A stretch of DNA of 64,000 nt from Nitrosopumilaceae archaeon (GTDB lineage Archaea > Thermoproteota > Nitrososphaeria > Nitrososphaerales > Nitrosopumilaceae): the NCBI GenBank assembly GCA_965200155.1, contig CBDATR010000043.1, forward strand, positions 1 through 64,000, read 5' to 3'. Positions 31,257 through 42,439 of the stretch are shown here, in pieces. Within the stretch, counting starts at the first letter, position 1. Each line of letters starts with the position of its first letter. A program made the translations under genes and the position numbers. The notes under the pieces are model-generated. The model worked only from the letters and a program-made list of their open reading frames with translations. It made no database searches and was not told where the DNA came from.

Positions 31257-32003
31257 ATGTATGACACAATACAGAATGGTGACTGTATACAGGGGATGAA
31301 AAATATGCCGCCGGACTGCATAGATCTCATAATAACGGATCCCCCATTTGCCATAGATTACAAGCCCCACAGAGGCAACTACAACCGTACCCAAAGTAGT
31401 GTAATGGAGGGATATGAGGAGATAGATGCCCAGGACTATTACCAGTTTACAAAATCCTGGATGACACAGGCATATCGCATACTAAAGCCCTCGGGCAGCA
31501 TGTACGTGTTCTCCGGATGGAATAACCTAAAGGACGTACTTGTGGGCCTGGATGACACAGGTTTTCATACAGTAAATCACATCATATGGAAGTATCAGTT
31601 CGGCGTTGTTACCAAGCGCCGATTCGTCACTTCCCACTATACCTGCCCTTATGTATGCAAGGATGAGAAGCTGCGCCGATTCTACCCGTTCCAGCGATTC
31701 CACAAAGATGTCAAGGACACAACTGGCCGCAGCCTGCATTACAGGGACAAGGAGGATGTGTGGATCATAAACCGGGAATACTGGCGCGGTCGCACCAAGA
31801 CTCCCACAAAGCTCCCCAGGGAACTGATACTCAAGATTCTGGCATACTCCAGCCTGCCCGGCGACATGGTATTGGATCCCTTTTTAGGCTCCGGTCAGGT
31901 GGCAGTAGTTGCAGCTCAATCCGGGCGCAGATATGGCGGTTTTGAAATAGTACCAGAGTATTACCAGTTTGCCAAGGAGCGCCTGGAGACAGGCACTTAC
32001 TAG
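31257..32003 (+). CDS. Site-specific DNA methyltransferase (beta class, N6A/N4C), orphan
   Basis: ITDPPF before VLDPFLGSG; PTKLP motif. Confidence 0.9.
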   Translation: MYDTIQNGDCIQGMKNMPPDCIDLIITDPPFAIDYKPHRGNYNRTQSSVMEGYEEIDAQDYYQFTKSWMTQAYRILKPSGSMYVFSGWNNLKDVLVGLDDTGFHTVNHIIWKYQFGVVTKRRFVTSHYTCPYVCKDEKLRRFYPFQRFHKDVKDTTGRSLHYRDKEDVWIINREYWRGRTKTPTKLPRELILKILAYSSLPGDMVLDPFLGSGQVAVVAAQSGRRYGGFEIVPEYYQFAKERLETGTY

Positions 32004-32311
32004 CCCATCTTGTCCCGGATTGCCTGCCGTAGATCATCATCACTAATATTGCCGGGATCTATCCCGACAGAGCGGGCCATGGCCTCCAGCTTGGCCCTCT
32101 CATCATCTACCGGACCGCTCACCCGTATGTTGTTATTATTGGTCAGCTCCTCTACAACACTCTTCTTTGCACTCTCAAACTCCGCCACCGCCTTTCCCAG
32201 CTTGCGCGCCGCGGCAGGCATCTTGCCTGTACCCAGTATAAGAATGAGTGCAACGAATATGACAATTACCCATTCGGCCCCCATTATGTTAAGGAAGAGC
32301 CATTCCAACAC
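32000..32311 (-). CDS. tatA: Twin-arginine translocase TatA/E subunit
   Basis: GAEWVIVIFVALILILGTGKMPAAARKLGKAVAEF. Confidence 0.88.
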   Translation of the reverse strand: MLEWLFLNIMGAEWVIVIFVALILILGTGKMPAAARKLGKAVAEFESAKKSVVEELTNNNNIRVSGPVDDERAKLEAMARSVGIDPGNISDDDLRQAIRDKMG

Positions 32312-32340
32312 AAGCGGTATAATAATAATGAAAATTAAAT

Positions 32341-33033
32341 CTATGTCTTGCGAGCCGCGACCATTATTGCTCCACCTAGCATGCCCTTCTGGATATACAC
32401 ATCACTATATTTCTCCAGCAGTAAAGATTCCAGTTTTTTATTATGTGGCCACCTCTTGTAGGTATCATACAGTGTGGCGAACTTCCAGCCCAGCCGTCCT
32501 CCTGCTACCAAGGCCAGAAGTGGCAGTATGGCACACAAGTAAAAGGATACACCGGCGCGTATCATACTGTTATCGGGCTTGCCCAAGTCTACAACCACCA
32601 GGCAACCACCCTTCTTGGTTACGCGGTACAACTCAGATATGGCAACCCTCAAGTTTATGGCATCCCGCAGGGAATATCCGCACAGTACTGTGTCGAACAT
32701 CTCGTTCTGAAAGGGCATGTGTTCAAATACACCGTTAGCCTTGTGGCGTACCGGTAGTTCACGGGAAGTTTGCCGCAGCATCGGCAGTAATGGATCATAC
32801 AGGGTTATGGAGAGATTGTCATACATAGAAGATGCCGTCTTTGACATGTTCCCAAAGCCGGATCCCGCATCCAGTACCTTGTAGCCGGTATTCACCCGCC
32901 CCCTTATGCCCCGGGTACGATACTCTGAATCCTTGCCCAAGGATATGTAGGAGTTCACCCGATCATAGACCGGTATTATATCCTCCAGTACGCCTATTAC
33001 ATGATCCCACTTCTCGGCCAGACCCAGAGTCAA
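32341..33033 (-). CDS. UbiE/MenG-like class I SAM methyltransferase
   Basis: YDRVNSYISLG, VLDAGSGFG, MPF..FD.V, ELYRVTKKGG. Confidence 0.85.
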   Translation of the reverse strand: MTLGLAEKWDHVIGVLEDIIPVYDRVNSYISLGKDSEYRTRGIRGRVNTGYKVLDAGSGFGNMSKTASSMYDNLSITLYDPLLPMLRQTSRELPVRHKANGVFEHMPFQNEMFDTVLCGYSLRDAINLRVAISELYRVTKKGGCLVVVDLGKPDNSMIRAGVSFYLCAILPLLALVAGGRLGWKFATLYDTYKRWPHNKKLESLLLEKYSDVYIQKGMLGGAIMVAARKT

Positions 33034-33734
33034 GAAGATGCCGAGTAGGATTTCATCTCCGCATCGGTTATCCTCTCAAAGGTACGATCTTTGGTGGTTA
33101 TGCGGGCCATCTTGATATTGTCAACACTGTTCTTGTTTACGGAATTCTTGTTTATGGCCGCGACAGTAAGAGAGGCTGCCTCCTCCAATGTCATGTCGAA
33201 TTTGTAGTTCTTTTCTAGGAATGTGTTTATCTCATCAGATCTTGCACCAATGGCCACCGCTACATAGGAGGAGAAGGCGCCACTGGGGTCTGTAACATAT
33301 ACCAACTCTTTTTTATCCACACCAGCTATTATCAGCGATACTCCGTTGGGGCGCACTCCCGCATATTGTGTAAACTGTAATGATATATCCGCAAGATGCT
33401 TTGCTACTACCTCCACATCGGCCACCTCGTCATATGAAAGAACATTACCCTGAGCAAAGAGTTGTGCATTCTCAACCATGACACGAGCATCGGGAATATA
33501 ACCGGCCGCGGCTACGCCTATGTGCTGGTCTACCTGGAATATCTTTTGCGTACGGTCGGCGGTCTGTAATGACAGGGGTTTCTCTTCCACTGCCATTATC
33601 ACGCCCTCCCGGCTAACCAGACCCATGGCAACATTCCCGCGCTTTACTGTCTCTTCTGCATATTCCACCTGATATATACGACCATCAGGCGAGTACATGG
33701 TAGGAGTCATATCATACCCACGGGAGCTGGACAT
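33030..33734 (-). CDS. psmA: Proteasome alpha subunit
   Basis: GYDMTPTMYSPDGRIYQVEYA signature. Confidence 0.96.
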   Translation of the reverse strand: MSSSRGYDMTPTMYSPDGRIYQVEYAEETVKRGNVAMGLVSREGVIMAVEEKPLSLQTADRTQKIFQVDQHIGVAAAGYIPDARVMVENAQLFAQGNVLSYDEVADVEVVAKHLADISLQFTQYAGVRPNGVSLIIAGVDKKELVYVTDPSGAFSSYVAVAIGARSDEINTFLEKNYKFDMTLEEAASLTVAAINKNSVNKNSVDNIKMARITTKDRTFERITDAEMKSYSASS

Positions 33735-33822
33735 CAAGGCTGTTTTACATGCATGACCTAGTTAATTTAAGGGTATAGCGAGTTCCATGAGTAACCGGTT
33801 ATAGGTCACTAGGTAACCGGTT

Positions 33823-34903
33823 GTGTGAGTTCACCTGTGTCTAAATTTACGCATAACTGATCGCGACAGTTAAAGAACCGGTTCTTTTGTGCATAAGATT
33901 CCGGAATGTAATGTATGAAAAGTCGGTCCGCTAGTCATTGGTATCTCGCTCCATCCATTTTGCATCATTTGCCCTAATTGTCTGGGTCGCCTTTTTATTC
34001 CTGGAGTGGTGTTTCGCCGTTATCTATCCAGTGAGAAGTGCAACCTTCTCTCATTGTAGTAGTCCACATAATCCCGGAGACTGTCATGATGTCATATCTC
34101 ATTGGACTCTTAAATAAGAGTCCCCTCGTCCTCAATCGTTCTGTGGAAGCGCTCCAGTTTGCCATTTGTCTGTGGATGATATGGTCTGGAATTGATTAGT
34201 ATGATGTCTTGATCCAGCAGTTCTTCCTAGAATAGTGGGTTTCCAGTTCTTTTTGCCCTTTTGTTGTACTACGAAACACGCGCCGTTATCAGAGATGCAG
34301 GGGCGCCGAATCGTTTCATTGCCAGTCTCAGTAATAGAACGGTGTTCTCTGAGGTTGCATGCTAGAATAGTGCCGCTCCGACTATACACCTGGATGCATC
34401 ATCTATGAGATTCAGTCCCCCTGAAGCGCTCATCTTTTCATGACATGCCAGTGCCACATTGCATTGGAATATTTACGCTCATATCGTACTCACTCTGACT
34501 TTGCAGGTGATGATCCTGCTGTACCGTTCTTTTTCATTATGCGATATACTACGCGATATGTATTCTGTCTAAGCCTCTTTGCAATACGTACTACTCCGGC
34601 GGGGTCCTTGCTGTATGCTTCAGTTATCATTCGTATCTGGGTGGCGGTGATTGGTATCATGGGCCTGCCCATCTTTACTCGAGTCGTTCCCATTCTCTGG
34701 TTCACAATCTTCGTACGTGTCTTGTTTCAGGTCTTGAGCTATTTTGGTGGAGGTAACGTCTCTTTTGCGCTGTCTTACTATTGATTTCTCTGTTATTCTC
34801 TTTACCATATGGCTTGTGCAATCTGAACTACTGTACGCCGGATCCTAAGCGGACTTACTTTTCGTACTATTGACATAAGATTCCGGAAGACGTGAACTCA
34901 TAC
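33823..34903. mobile_element. MITE-A copy split by an IS481-like insertion (33823-33906 + 34874-34903)
   Basis: TSD aaccggtt. Confidence 0.92.
33907..34873 (-). mobile_element. IS481-family element copy 5 (defective)
   Basis: Both TIRs; 15-bp TSD cataagattccggaa. Confidence 0.9.
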
Positions 34904-34987
34904 AACCGGTTAGGTCACCCCTGTGCAATCGCTTAAAATACACAGCTAACATACCTATTCCTGCTTTTTCAGTGATGATACCTCACA

Positions 34988-35078
34988 TATAGCGGCCACC
35001 ATAAGTCCTCGGGTAACAAATCTACATTTGTCACATACAATCCGTCTTACATGTCAAAGAATTATGGTGTTTGGTGTA
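34988..35078. mobile_element. MITE-C (IS630-type, TA target)
   Basis: TATAGCGGCCACCATAAGTC ... GAATTATGGTGTTTGGTGTA; duplicates the TA of host sequence caTAtgccc. Confidence 0.75.
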
Positions 35079-35131
35079 TGCCCATGAATTCACCGTCTAG
35101 ATGTATGATCTTTAACGCGACCTAAACGGTT

Positions 35132-35199
35132 GTATGAGTTCACCTGTGTCTAAATTTACGCACAACTGTTCGCGATAGTTAATGTGATTTGTGCACAAG
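35132..35199. mobile_element. MITE-A partial copy
   Basis: One TIR and interior; inserted in the MITE-B right TIR. Confidence 0.85.
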
Positions 35200-35310
35200 T
35201 TCTGCTAATTTATCCGGATTATGATACTTAAAGATAACCACGACATACATGTCCCAGTACTGATTTGTTGACTAGTATCCGCGCGTATTTTTATACATGC
35301 GATAGTAGAT

Positions 35311-38300
35311 GTGGTAATGACATCCGGGACAGCTGGTACCATTCTTGAAATGATACGGAAACAAAGTCGTCATCCCAGGGAGAAGGGTGACTCATTTGAG
35401 AGACTCTGGATGGGAATAATGGAGCAGTCGCCAGAGTTCGAAGTAGAACAACAATGGCAATGGAGGGATTATCCGGACCGTGGTAGTCATTCCCACAGTG
35501 ATGAAGGGATAGATATTGTCACTCTATTAAAAAATGGTAAGAAGGTAGCGATTCAGTGCAAGTGTTATAATGAGAATGATTACGTGAATAGAGAAGAAAT
35601 CAACTCATTCTTGACAGTATCTGACAAGTTCGATATGCGCTGGATTGTTGCTACATGTAAGTGGGGGAGAAATGCAGAGCAAGTAATTGAAGGAAGGACT
35701 ATTCCAGTCAAGCGCATTGATTTTCATGATTATGATGACGTCATCATAAATCAACCCAAGACAGAAAAACCGAAACGTATTCCATTACCACTACAAGAGA
35801 GCGCCATCAAGGCAGTTGTAACACGATTAAGTGATGGTGAGGATAGAGGTCAGTTAATAATGGCCTGCGGGACTGGCAAGACATTCACCTCACTCAGAAT
35901 AGCTGAGCAGCTTGTGGGGGGGGGGGGTTCCCGGAACATACTATTCTTGGCACCCAGTATCGCCCTAGTATCGCAGGCGCGCCGGGAATGGCTACGCCAT
36001 TCCACAAGAGTGATTAATTCACTAGTCATTTGCTCGGACAAGACGTCCGGTGGCAGGGGTGAGAGTGATGATATTATGGTAACGGAGATGATATGTGATG
36101 TTACAACGAATCCAGAAATTATATCAAATCACATGAAAGGTATCGGGATCAACGTCTTGTTCTGTACGTACCAATCGCTGGTTAACGTCTCAAAAGCACA
36201 GCTGGAAGGAGGCGCACCGTCATTCGATATGATGATAGCTGATGAGGCGCACCGAACTACTGGTGTTGAAAGGGATAACGGCTTCCACATGTTACATGAT
36301 GACTCCAAGATAAAAGCAGAAAAGAGGCTCTACATGACCGCTACGCCTAGAGTATACACTCCCAAATCCAAGAGAATGCTGGAGAAGAAGGGTTACTTAG
36401 TACATGACATGGATGATCATGAGAAATTTGGCGAGGTCTTGCATAGACTGACATTCAAGGATGCGGTTTCAAATGAGATGTTATCAGATTATAGAGTCAC
36501 GATAATGCGTGTACGGGATGATTCCGTGATACACGACTTTTATGACAAATACCTGCTTGAGACTAATGACGAGAAAGATCGTGTAATAGAGTATGAGGAT
36601 GTGGAGAGACTGGTTGGTACGGCGTTGGCCATTAACGGGATTACCGGTGAGAATTCCAAGAATGAGCGGCTGAAAAAGGTCTTGGGTTTTGCCAATAGCC
36701 GCAGGCGTTCCAAGGCATTCTGTGACTTGCTGAATATGCCTGACTTGCATGATATCGTGAAGAAACGACTGCAAAATTCACCAATACCGCATAGAGTAGT
36801 TCACATTGACGGCAAGTCAAGCGCACTAGAACGGAACAAGGCATTGCGGGAACTGGAACGCGCTGATGAGAAAAACCCGCAAATGATCATGAATGTCAAA
36901 TTATTCACCGAAGGCGTAGACGTTCCCTCACTCTCTGCGGCGGTATTCCTGGAACCAAAGGGTAGTATGGTCGATATCATACAGGCTGTTGGTCGTGTAA
37001 TGAGAAAGTCGGATGGCAAGCAATTCGGCCACATTATCATACCGGTTCCCATTCTTAATACTGATGACGTGGCCGGGGAGCTAGAAGCCAAGGACGGCTG
37101 GACATCAGTGGGACGTGTTCTGCAGGCTTTGCAGTCTCATAACGAGAGGCTACCGGATGATCCACTACGTTTTGTGAACATAGTTGACTCTGGTGACCCC
37201 AAATTCTCAAGCAGTCCTAATATAACGGGCATTCAGGACAAGCTGGAGTTAGGAGAGCTAAGCGAGAAATTCTATGCCAAGATTGTCTCCTCATCTGGAC
37301 TAGCAAAGCCGGGCCAGAGGGTGACCGATGAAATAACGCATGCTGTTACACTATCTGGTAGGGCATTCCAGAAGCGTGGGCTGGGTGAGAAGCTGGCTGA
37401 CATTCTAGGACTTTCAATCAATGATGGAACGGGCAGTGCGAATGTCTGCAAGATTGCCGCGCTGTTAGTCATAAATGCGTGCTTGTTACACCGCCGTCTC
37501 CAGGGAAACATCCCCGGCATTCAAACACTTGGTTCTATTAATGGCTCCTGTGAGCCACGGGAACGATTACAGGAGTCATGGAGAGTGATACTGGAACGGG
37601 ATTTTGCACCCGTTTTCGAACCCGCCCTGAGTGTTCTTGAATCACTCCCAGTCCAGGATAGAGAGATAAGAAACGCGCTATATAGAATCATAGACAGTGC
37701 CGATGCCATGGCCGACTCACTGAATGATTTGGGGTATGATCATGCAGGGCCACTATACCACAAGATATTGGGGACAGCCAAGAGTGATAGTGCGTATTAT
37801 ACAAAGAATGTTTCTGCGTTAATGTTAGCTAGACTCGCATTTAATGAGTCATTCATGGACTGGAGTGATAAAGACAAGGTGACTAGTCTAAGAGTGATGG
37901 ACCCCGCATGTGGGACTGGCACTTTACTGATGGCTGCACTAAAAACGATAAAGGAGCGGGCTAATGATGATAGCTTGCATGGCAAATTAGTAGAGGATTC
38001 CATTTGTGGCCTTGACATAAACAGGCATGCCGTTCAGTTGGCCGCGTGTAATCTTACACTGGGGGCGCCCACCGTCAATTACAAGAGAATGAATTTGTTC
38101 ACAATGAGGCACGGGCCGCAACCGGATAAGAGTGTGAAGGCCGGTTCTGTGGAGATATTGCGCTCTGTTAGTGATCGGGATGTATTACGCGCATTTGTAC
38201 AACCATTACGGGATGTGAGTGATGTAGGAGCTCAGCAGGTAGACAACGGAATGGAGTCATTCCAGATACAGAACCTGGATGTGGTTATCATGAATCCGCC

Positions 38301-39567
38301 TTTCGGTAATAGTGGTGTTAGGGGAAAGAAATTCAATAATGATGTGGTCAAAATGATGCAAAGAAATGAACTAGACATAAAGGATGATCTATCTAGACGG
38401 GATCCGGATGCCGGAAATGTTATAGATTCGAATGGTATGACTACATTCTTTGTCCCACTTGTAGACAGGCTGATAAACAGGAGTGTTGGTACGCTTGCAA
38501 CAGTTCTTCCCACCACTGTCTGTATAGGTGCGTCCGGGTCATCACAGCGGCGGTTACTGGCGAACCGGTTCCATGTTGAGAGGATAATAACTACACATGA
38601 TCCAAAACATGTCAATTTTTCATACGCGACCGACATTAACGAGAGCTTGATGGTTTGTAGGAGGTTCAACGGTGATGAGAAACCCCCAACAGAATTCATA
38701 TCGCTAAGTAAGATGCCAGAGAATACCAAAGAGGCGGTAGAGGTAGCTGATGCCATTGCCAATGGAAATTATGGTAGTGTTTGTTACTGGCCAAGTGAAA
38801 GAATGATGAATGGTGACTGGTCACCGGCACAATGGTATGATGTAGAAATACCCGAAATCATTTATGAGTTGGAAAAATCACCACTACTAGAAAGAATCGG
38901 TTCTTCATATAATATAGGACCTGTCGGCCAGGGCATACGTGGCACATATGAGGAGTGTGAACAAGGTGAACACGGCGCTGTAAAATTATTCTATTACATC
39001 AATGTTGATATTCGAAAGACCATACGGGGCAATCCTGACTCGTGGCGACGACCCAAACAGGGTATGGAAAGCGCCGCTCAAAGATATTGGAAACAACGTG
39101 GCCATTTACTTTTGGCTACACGATTCAGAACAACCAGCAGCCGTATTTTTGCACTATATACGGATCAGCCCTCAATTGGGAGTGCATGGATACCTGCTGG
39201 TGTTAAGGATGAGTTTACGGCAAAAGCGCTTGCCATCTGGTTGAATTCCACACCCGTTCTAATGATGCTTTTGAACCGTCGTAGTAAGACACTAACATAC
39301 CCCGCATGGTCACTGGTTCACCAACGAGAGATACTAATACCCAAACCGGACAATCAGTATTGGAATACATTATATGATACATATGAGAAAATATGTGATA
39401 GAGAGGTTCTACCACTGAAACAGGCGACAGTGTGTCCAGTACGAAAAATGATAGACGATGCAGCTGCTATCGTTCTCGGTATAGAACCGGAAGTAATAGA
39501 ATGCTGGCGCGAGAGATTAAACAGGGAACCTACCATAAGTAACAAATCAGTAGAGTCTACTATCTAA
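35311..39567 (+). CDS. Type ISP-like single-polypeptide restriction-modification enzyme (Mrr-like nuclease, SF2 helicase, N6-MTase, TRD)
   Basis: GIDIV..AIQCK, MACGTGKT, DEAHRTTG, MTATPR, QAVGRVMRK, MDPACGTG, NPPF. Confidence 0.92.
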   Translation: MVMTSGTAGTILEMIRKQSRHPREKGDSFERLWMGIMEQSPEFEVEQQWQWRDYPDRGSHSHSDEGIDIVTLLKNGKKVAIQCKCYNENDYVNREEINSFLTVSDKFDMRWIVATCKWGRNAEQVIEGRTIPVKRIDFHDYDDVIINQPKTEKPKRIPLPLQESAIKAVVTRLSDGEDRGQLIMACGTGKTFTSLRIAEQLVGGGGSRNILFLAPSIALVSQARREWLRHSTRVINSLVICSDKTSGGRGESDDIMVTEMICDVTTNPEIISNHMKGIGINVLFCTYQSLVNVSKAQLEGGAPSFDMMIADEAHRTTGVERDNGFHMLHDDSKIKAEKRLYMTATPRVYTPKSKRMLEKKGYLVHDMDDHEKFGEVLHRLTFKDAVSNEMLSDYRVTIMRVRDDSVIHDFYDKYLLETNDEKDRVIEYEDVERLVGTALAINGITGENSKNERLKKVLGFANSRRRSKAFCDLLNMPDLHDIVKKRLQNSPIPHRVVHIDGKSSALERNKALRELERADEKNPQMIMNVKLFTEGVDVPSLSAAVFLEPKGSMVDIIQAVGRVMRKSDGKQFGHIIIPVPILNTDDVAGELEAKDGWTSVGRVLQALQSHNERLPDDPLRFVNIVDSGDPKFSSSPNITGIQDKLELGELSEKFYAKIVSSSGLAKPGQRVTDEITHAVTLSGRAFQKRGLGEKLADILGLSINDGTGSANVCKIAALLVINACLLHRRLQGNIPGIQTLGSINGSCEPRERLQESWRVILERDFAPVFEPALSVLESLPVQDREIRNALYRIIDSADAMADSLNDLGYDHAGPLYHKILGTAKSDSAYYTKNVSALMLARLAFNESFMDWSDKDKVTSLRVMDPACGTGTLLMAALKTIKERANDDSLHGKLVEDSICGLDINRHAVQLAACNLTLGAPTVNYKRMNLFTMRHGPQPDKSVKAGSVEILRSVSDRDVLRAFVQPLRDVSDVGAQQVDNGMESFQIQNLDVVIMNPPFGNSGVRGKKFNNDVVKMMQRNELDIKDDLSRRDPDAGNVIDSNGMTTFFVPLVDRLINRSVGTLATVLPTTVCIGASGSSQRRLLANRFHVERIITTHDPKHVNFSYATDINESLMVCRRFNGDEKPPTEFISLSKMPENTKEAVEVADAIANGNYGSVCYWPSERMMNGDWSPAQWYDVEIPEIIYELEKSPLLERIGSSYNIGPVGQGIRGTYEECEQGEHGAVKLFYYINVDIRKTIRGNPDSWRRPKQGMESAAQRYWKQRGHLLLATRFRTTSSRIFALYTDQPSIGSAWIPAGVKDEFTAKALAIWLNSTPVLMMLLNRRSKTLTYPAWSLVHQREILIPKPDNQYWNTLYDTYEKICDREVLPLKQATVCPVRKMIDDAAAIVLGIEPEVIECWRERLNREPTISNKSVESTI
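35916..35927 (+). repeat. G12 homopolymer inside the R-M gene
   Basis: cttgt-G12-ttcc, in frame (VGGGGS). Confidence 0.9.
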
Positions 39568-39598
39568 TTCTAGGTCTGTTCTAGTATGGTGAGTTACA

Positions 39599-39682
39599 GT
39601 ATAAGTTCACCTGTGTCTAAATTTACGCACAACTGTTCGCGACAGTTAAAGAACCGGTTCTTTTGTGCACAAGATTCCGGAA
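39599..39682. mobile_element. MITE-A left part, interrupted by IS481
   Basis: Ends at cacaagattccggaa, exactly as in the other split copies. Confidence 0.9.
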
Positions 39683-40635
39683 TCAATAGTACGAAAAGTA
39701 AGCCGCTTAGGATCCGGCGTACAGTAGTTCAGCTTGCACAAGCCACGAAAGGCTATGGCAAAGAGAATAACAGAGGAATCAATAGTAAGGCAGCGCAAAA
39801 GAGACGTTACCTCCACCAAAATAGCTCAAGACCTGAAACAAGACACGTACGAAGATTGTGAACCAGAGGACGGGAACGACTCGAGTAAAGATGGGCAGGC
39901 CCATGATACCAATCACCGCTACCCAGATACGAATGGTAACTGAAGCATACAGCAAGGACCCCGCCGGAGTAGTACGTATTGTAAAGAGGCTTAGACAGAA
40001 TACATATCGCGTAGTATATCGCATAATGAAAAAGAACGGTACTGCAGGATCATCACCTGCAAAGTCAGAGTGGGTACGCTATGAGCGTAAATATTCCAAT
40101 GCAATGTGGCACGTAGACTGGCATGTTATGAAAGATGAGCGCTTCAGGGGACTGAATCTCATAGATGATGCATCCAGGTGTATAGTCGGAGCGGCACTAT
40201 TTGGGCATGCAACCTCAGAGAACGCCGTTCTATTACTGAGACTGGCAATGAAACGATTCGGCGCCCCTACATCTCGGATAACGGCGCGTGTTTCGTAGTA
40301 CAATAAAAGGGCAAAAAGAACTGGAAACCCACTATTCTAGGAAGAACTGCTGGATCAAGACATCATACTAATCGATTCCAGACCATACCACCCGCAGACA
40401 AATGGCAAACTGGAGCGCTTCCATAGAACGATTGAGGATGAGATATGGCATTATGACCGTCTCCGGGATTATGTAGACTACTACAATGAGAGAAGGTTGC
40501 ACTTCTCACTGGATATAGATAACGGCGAAACGCCGCTTCAGGAATAAAAAGGCGACCCAGACAATTAGGGCAAATGATGCAAAATGGATGGAGCGGGATG
40601 CCAATGACTAGCGGACCGACTTTTCATACATTACA
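39683..40635 (+). mobile_element. IS481-family element copy 6 (least decayed)
   Basis: WVRYERKYSNAMWHVDWH, IDDASRCIVG; both TIRs. Confidence 0.9.
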
Positions 40636-40774
40636 ATTGCTGGGCGCGATCCATTATACTAGTATATAAGATCGAAGTTTTTAACTTTTATCTTGCTTCA
40701 AAGTACCATATTTAGCTGCACACAATACCATATTGACATGCCAAATTAACCACCCACTTGGGGGCGCGCAAATA

Positions 40775-40866
40775 GTATGAGTTCACGTCTTCCGGAATCT
40801 TATGCACAAATCACATTAACTGTCGCGATCAGTTATGCGTAAATTTAGACACAGGTTAACTCATAC
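40775..40866. mobile_element. MITE-A copy (92 bp), no TSD
   Basis: TIRs present. Confidence 0.9.
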
Positions 40867-41023
40867 GCTATATGATCGCGTACTGATTCTGTGTGACAGA
40901 GTGTATTCAAGATTATGTCATGAAGCTCTGAATAATGTGGTGCACATTTGATTAATTACACTCCAAAAATCTAGGTAAATACCAAACAAAAAAGTATAAT
41001 AATATACCTAAAACATCACAAAT

Positions 41024-42286
41024 ATGAATAAGAGCATAATTTTCATGACGATATGTGCGCTATTGGCGTGCGTTTCTGTAACAAGCGCCACTGCACAGAC
41101 TGATGACGCCATGAATGATGACATGGTGCTATCGGGCGATGTTGAAATTGCAACTCTAAACCCGATAACAGGGGAGTCTGCCTCTACCGGTATCCAGACT
41201 GATGCGGCAGCCGCGCTGGCAGTAAATGACTTTAATAACTATCTGGATGCTATAGGGCAAACGTGGCAATTTGTCCTCACTAGGGAAGATAACGCAAGCA
41301 GCCCAACCATAAGCTTTGAAAAGATACAGAGTATAAAAGCCAAGGGGATAGATATTATCATAGGACCCACAAGTAGCGGAGTCGTATCGTTGATCAAGCC
41401 CTATGCGGATGTAAATAATATGATGCTGATCAGCTGTTGCTCAACTTCGCCTGAATTAGCCATTGCTGATGATAGTGTATACAGAATGGTACAGGATGAC
41501 ACGATACAAGGCAAGGGAGTAGCCAAGTTACTGGAGGCAAGTGGATTTGAGACGATGGTGCCCATATGGCGCGGTGATAGCTATGGAAATGGGCTTGTGG
41601 GGGAGACCAGAAAAAGTTTTGAGGAACGCGGTTTTATCAGCTATGACGGAATACAACTCAGTCCCGGCCAGAAAGAATTCTCTGCCGAGGTAGCGTTCTT
41701 GGCAGATCAAGTGCAGACGGCAGCAGATGAATATGGACAGGACAAAGTGGCTGTGTTTATGGTCGAGTTTGATAATGCCATATCGTTAATGCAGACTGCG
41801 GCCGATTACGATATACTAAGCTCTGTGCAGTGGTATACGGCAGAGGGTTTTGTGTCAAATCCTGATATCAATGACCCCATAGTTAGAGAATTTACTGACA
41901 GCGTTCAGTTGACTGGTTATCTGCCCGATGTATCTCGAGATGACTATCGTATAAAATTGCATCTGGCCGATGCCACAGGAATCCCGGAACCGACAACATT
42001 TGTGTATGCCGCTTATGATGCTGTCTGGCTAGTTGGTCTCTCCATTGCTGAGGCGCAAAGCGCCGAGGTATCTGACATCAAGGCTGTAATACATGAGGTT
42101 GCTGCAAATATGCGCAGTAGCGGAGCAGGTTCCCTTAATGAAGCGGGCGACTTGGCTCTAGGAAATTACGTCGTATACAAGACTGAAGGCGGGCAATGGG
42201 TTCCCACCGGTGAAAGATACGTTGGCATTACTGATACAATGGAGAATATGCAGAATCAGACAAATCATCAGTTCTCTAAAACATAA
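41024..42286 (+). CDS. ABC transporter substrate-binding protein (branched-chain amino acid/ANF type)
   Basis: Signal peptide; IIGPTSS, LISCCSTSPELA, DSYG and AYDAV motifs. Confidence 0.88.
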   Translation: MNKSIIFMTICALLACVSVTSATAQTDDAMNDDMVLSGDVEIATLNPITGESASTGIQTDAAAALAVNDFNNYLDAIGQTWQFVLTREDNASSPTISFEKIQSIKAKGIDIIIGPTSSGVVSLIKPYADVNNMMLISCCSTSPELAIADDSVYRMVQDDTIQGKGVAKLLEASGFETMVPIWRGDSYGNGLVGETRKSFEERGFISYDGIQLSPGQKEFSAEVAFLADQVQTAADEYGQDKVAVFMVEFDNAISLMQTAADYDILSSVQWYTAEGFVSNPDINDPIVREFTDSVQLTGYLPDVSRDDYRIKLHLADATGIPEPTTFVYAAYDAVWLVGLSIAEAQSAEVSDIKAVIHEVAANMRSSGAGSLNEAGDLALGNYVVYKTEGGQWVPTGERYVGITDTMENMQNQTNHQFSKT

Positions 42287-42439
42287 AATGTACAGAATCT
42301 ACTGCCAATATCTAGGAATAAATTCATCATAATTTTCGTTGTAAAACAGTCGTTTTTAGTCTAAAAGCCGGAAAAACATGTGGGGAATCACAATAATGTG
42401 CCCCACATGAAACTGTTAACGACTAGCTGATGAATAGGG

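Larger units (their letters stand above)
33813..35131. mobile_element. MITE-B carrying nested MITE-A, IS481 and MITE-C
   Basis: gtaaccggtt[insert]aggtcacc... interior like 30549-30682 ...gacctaaacggtt. Confidence 0.75.
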
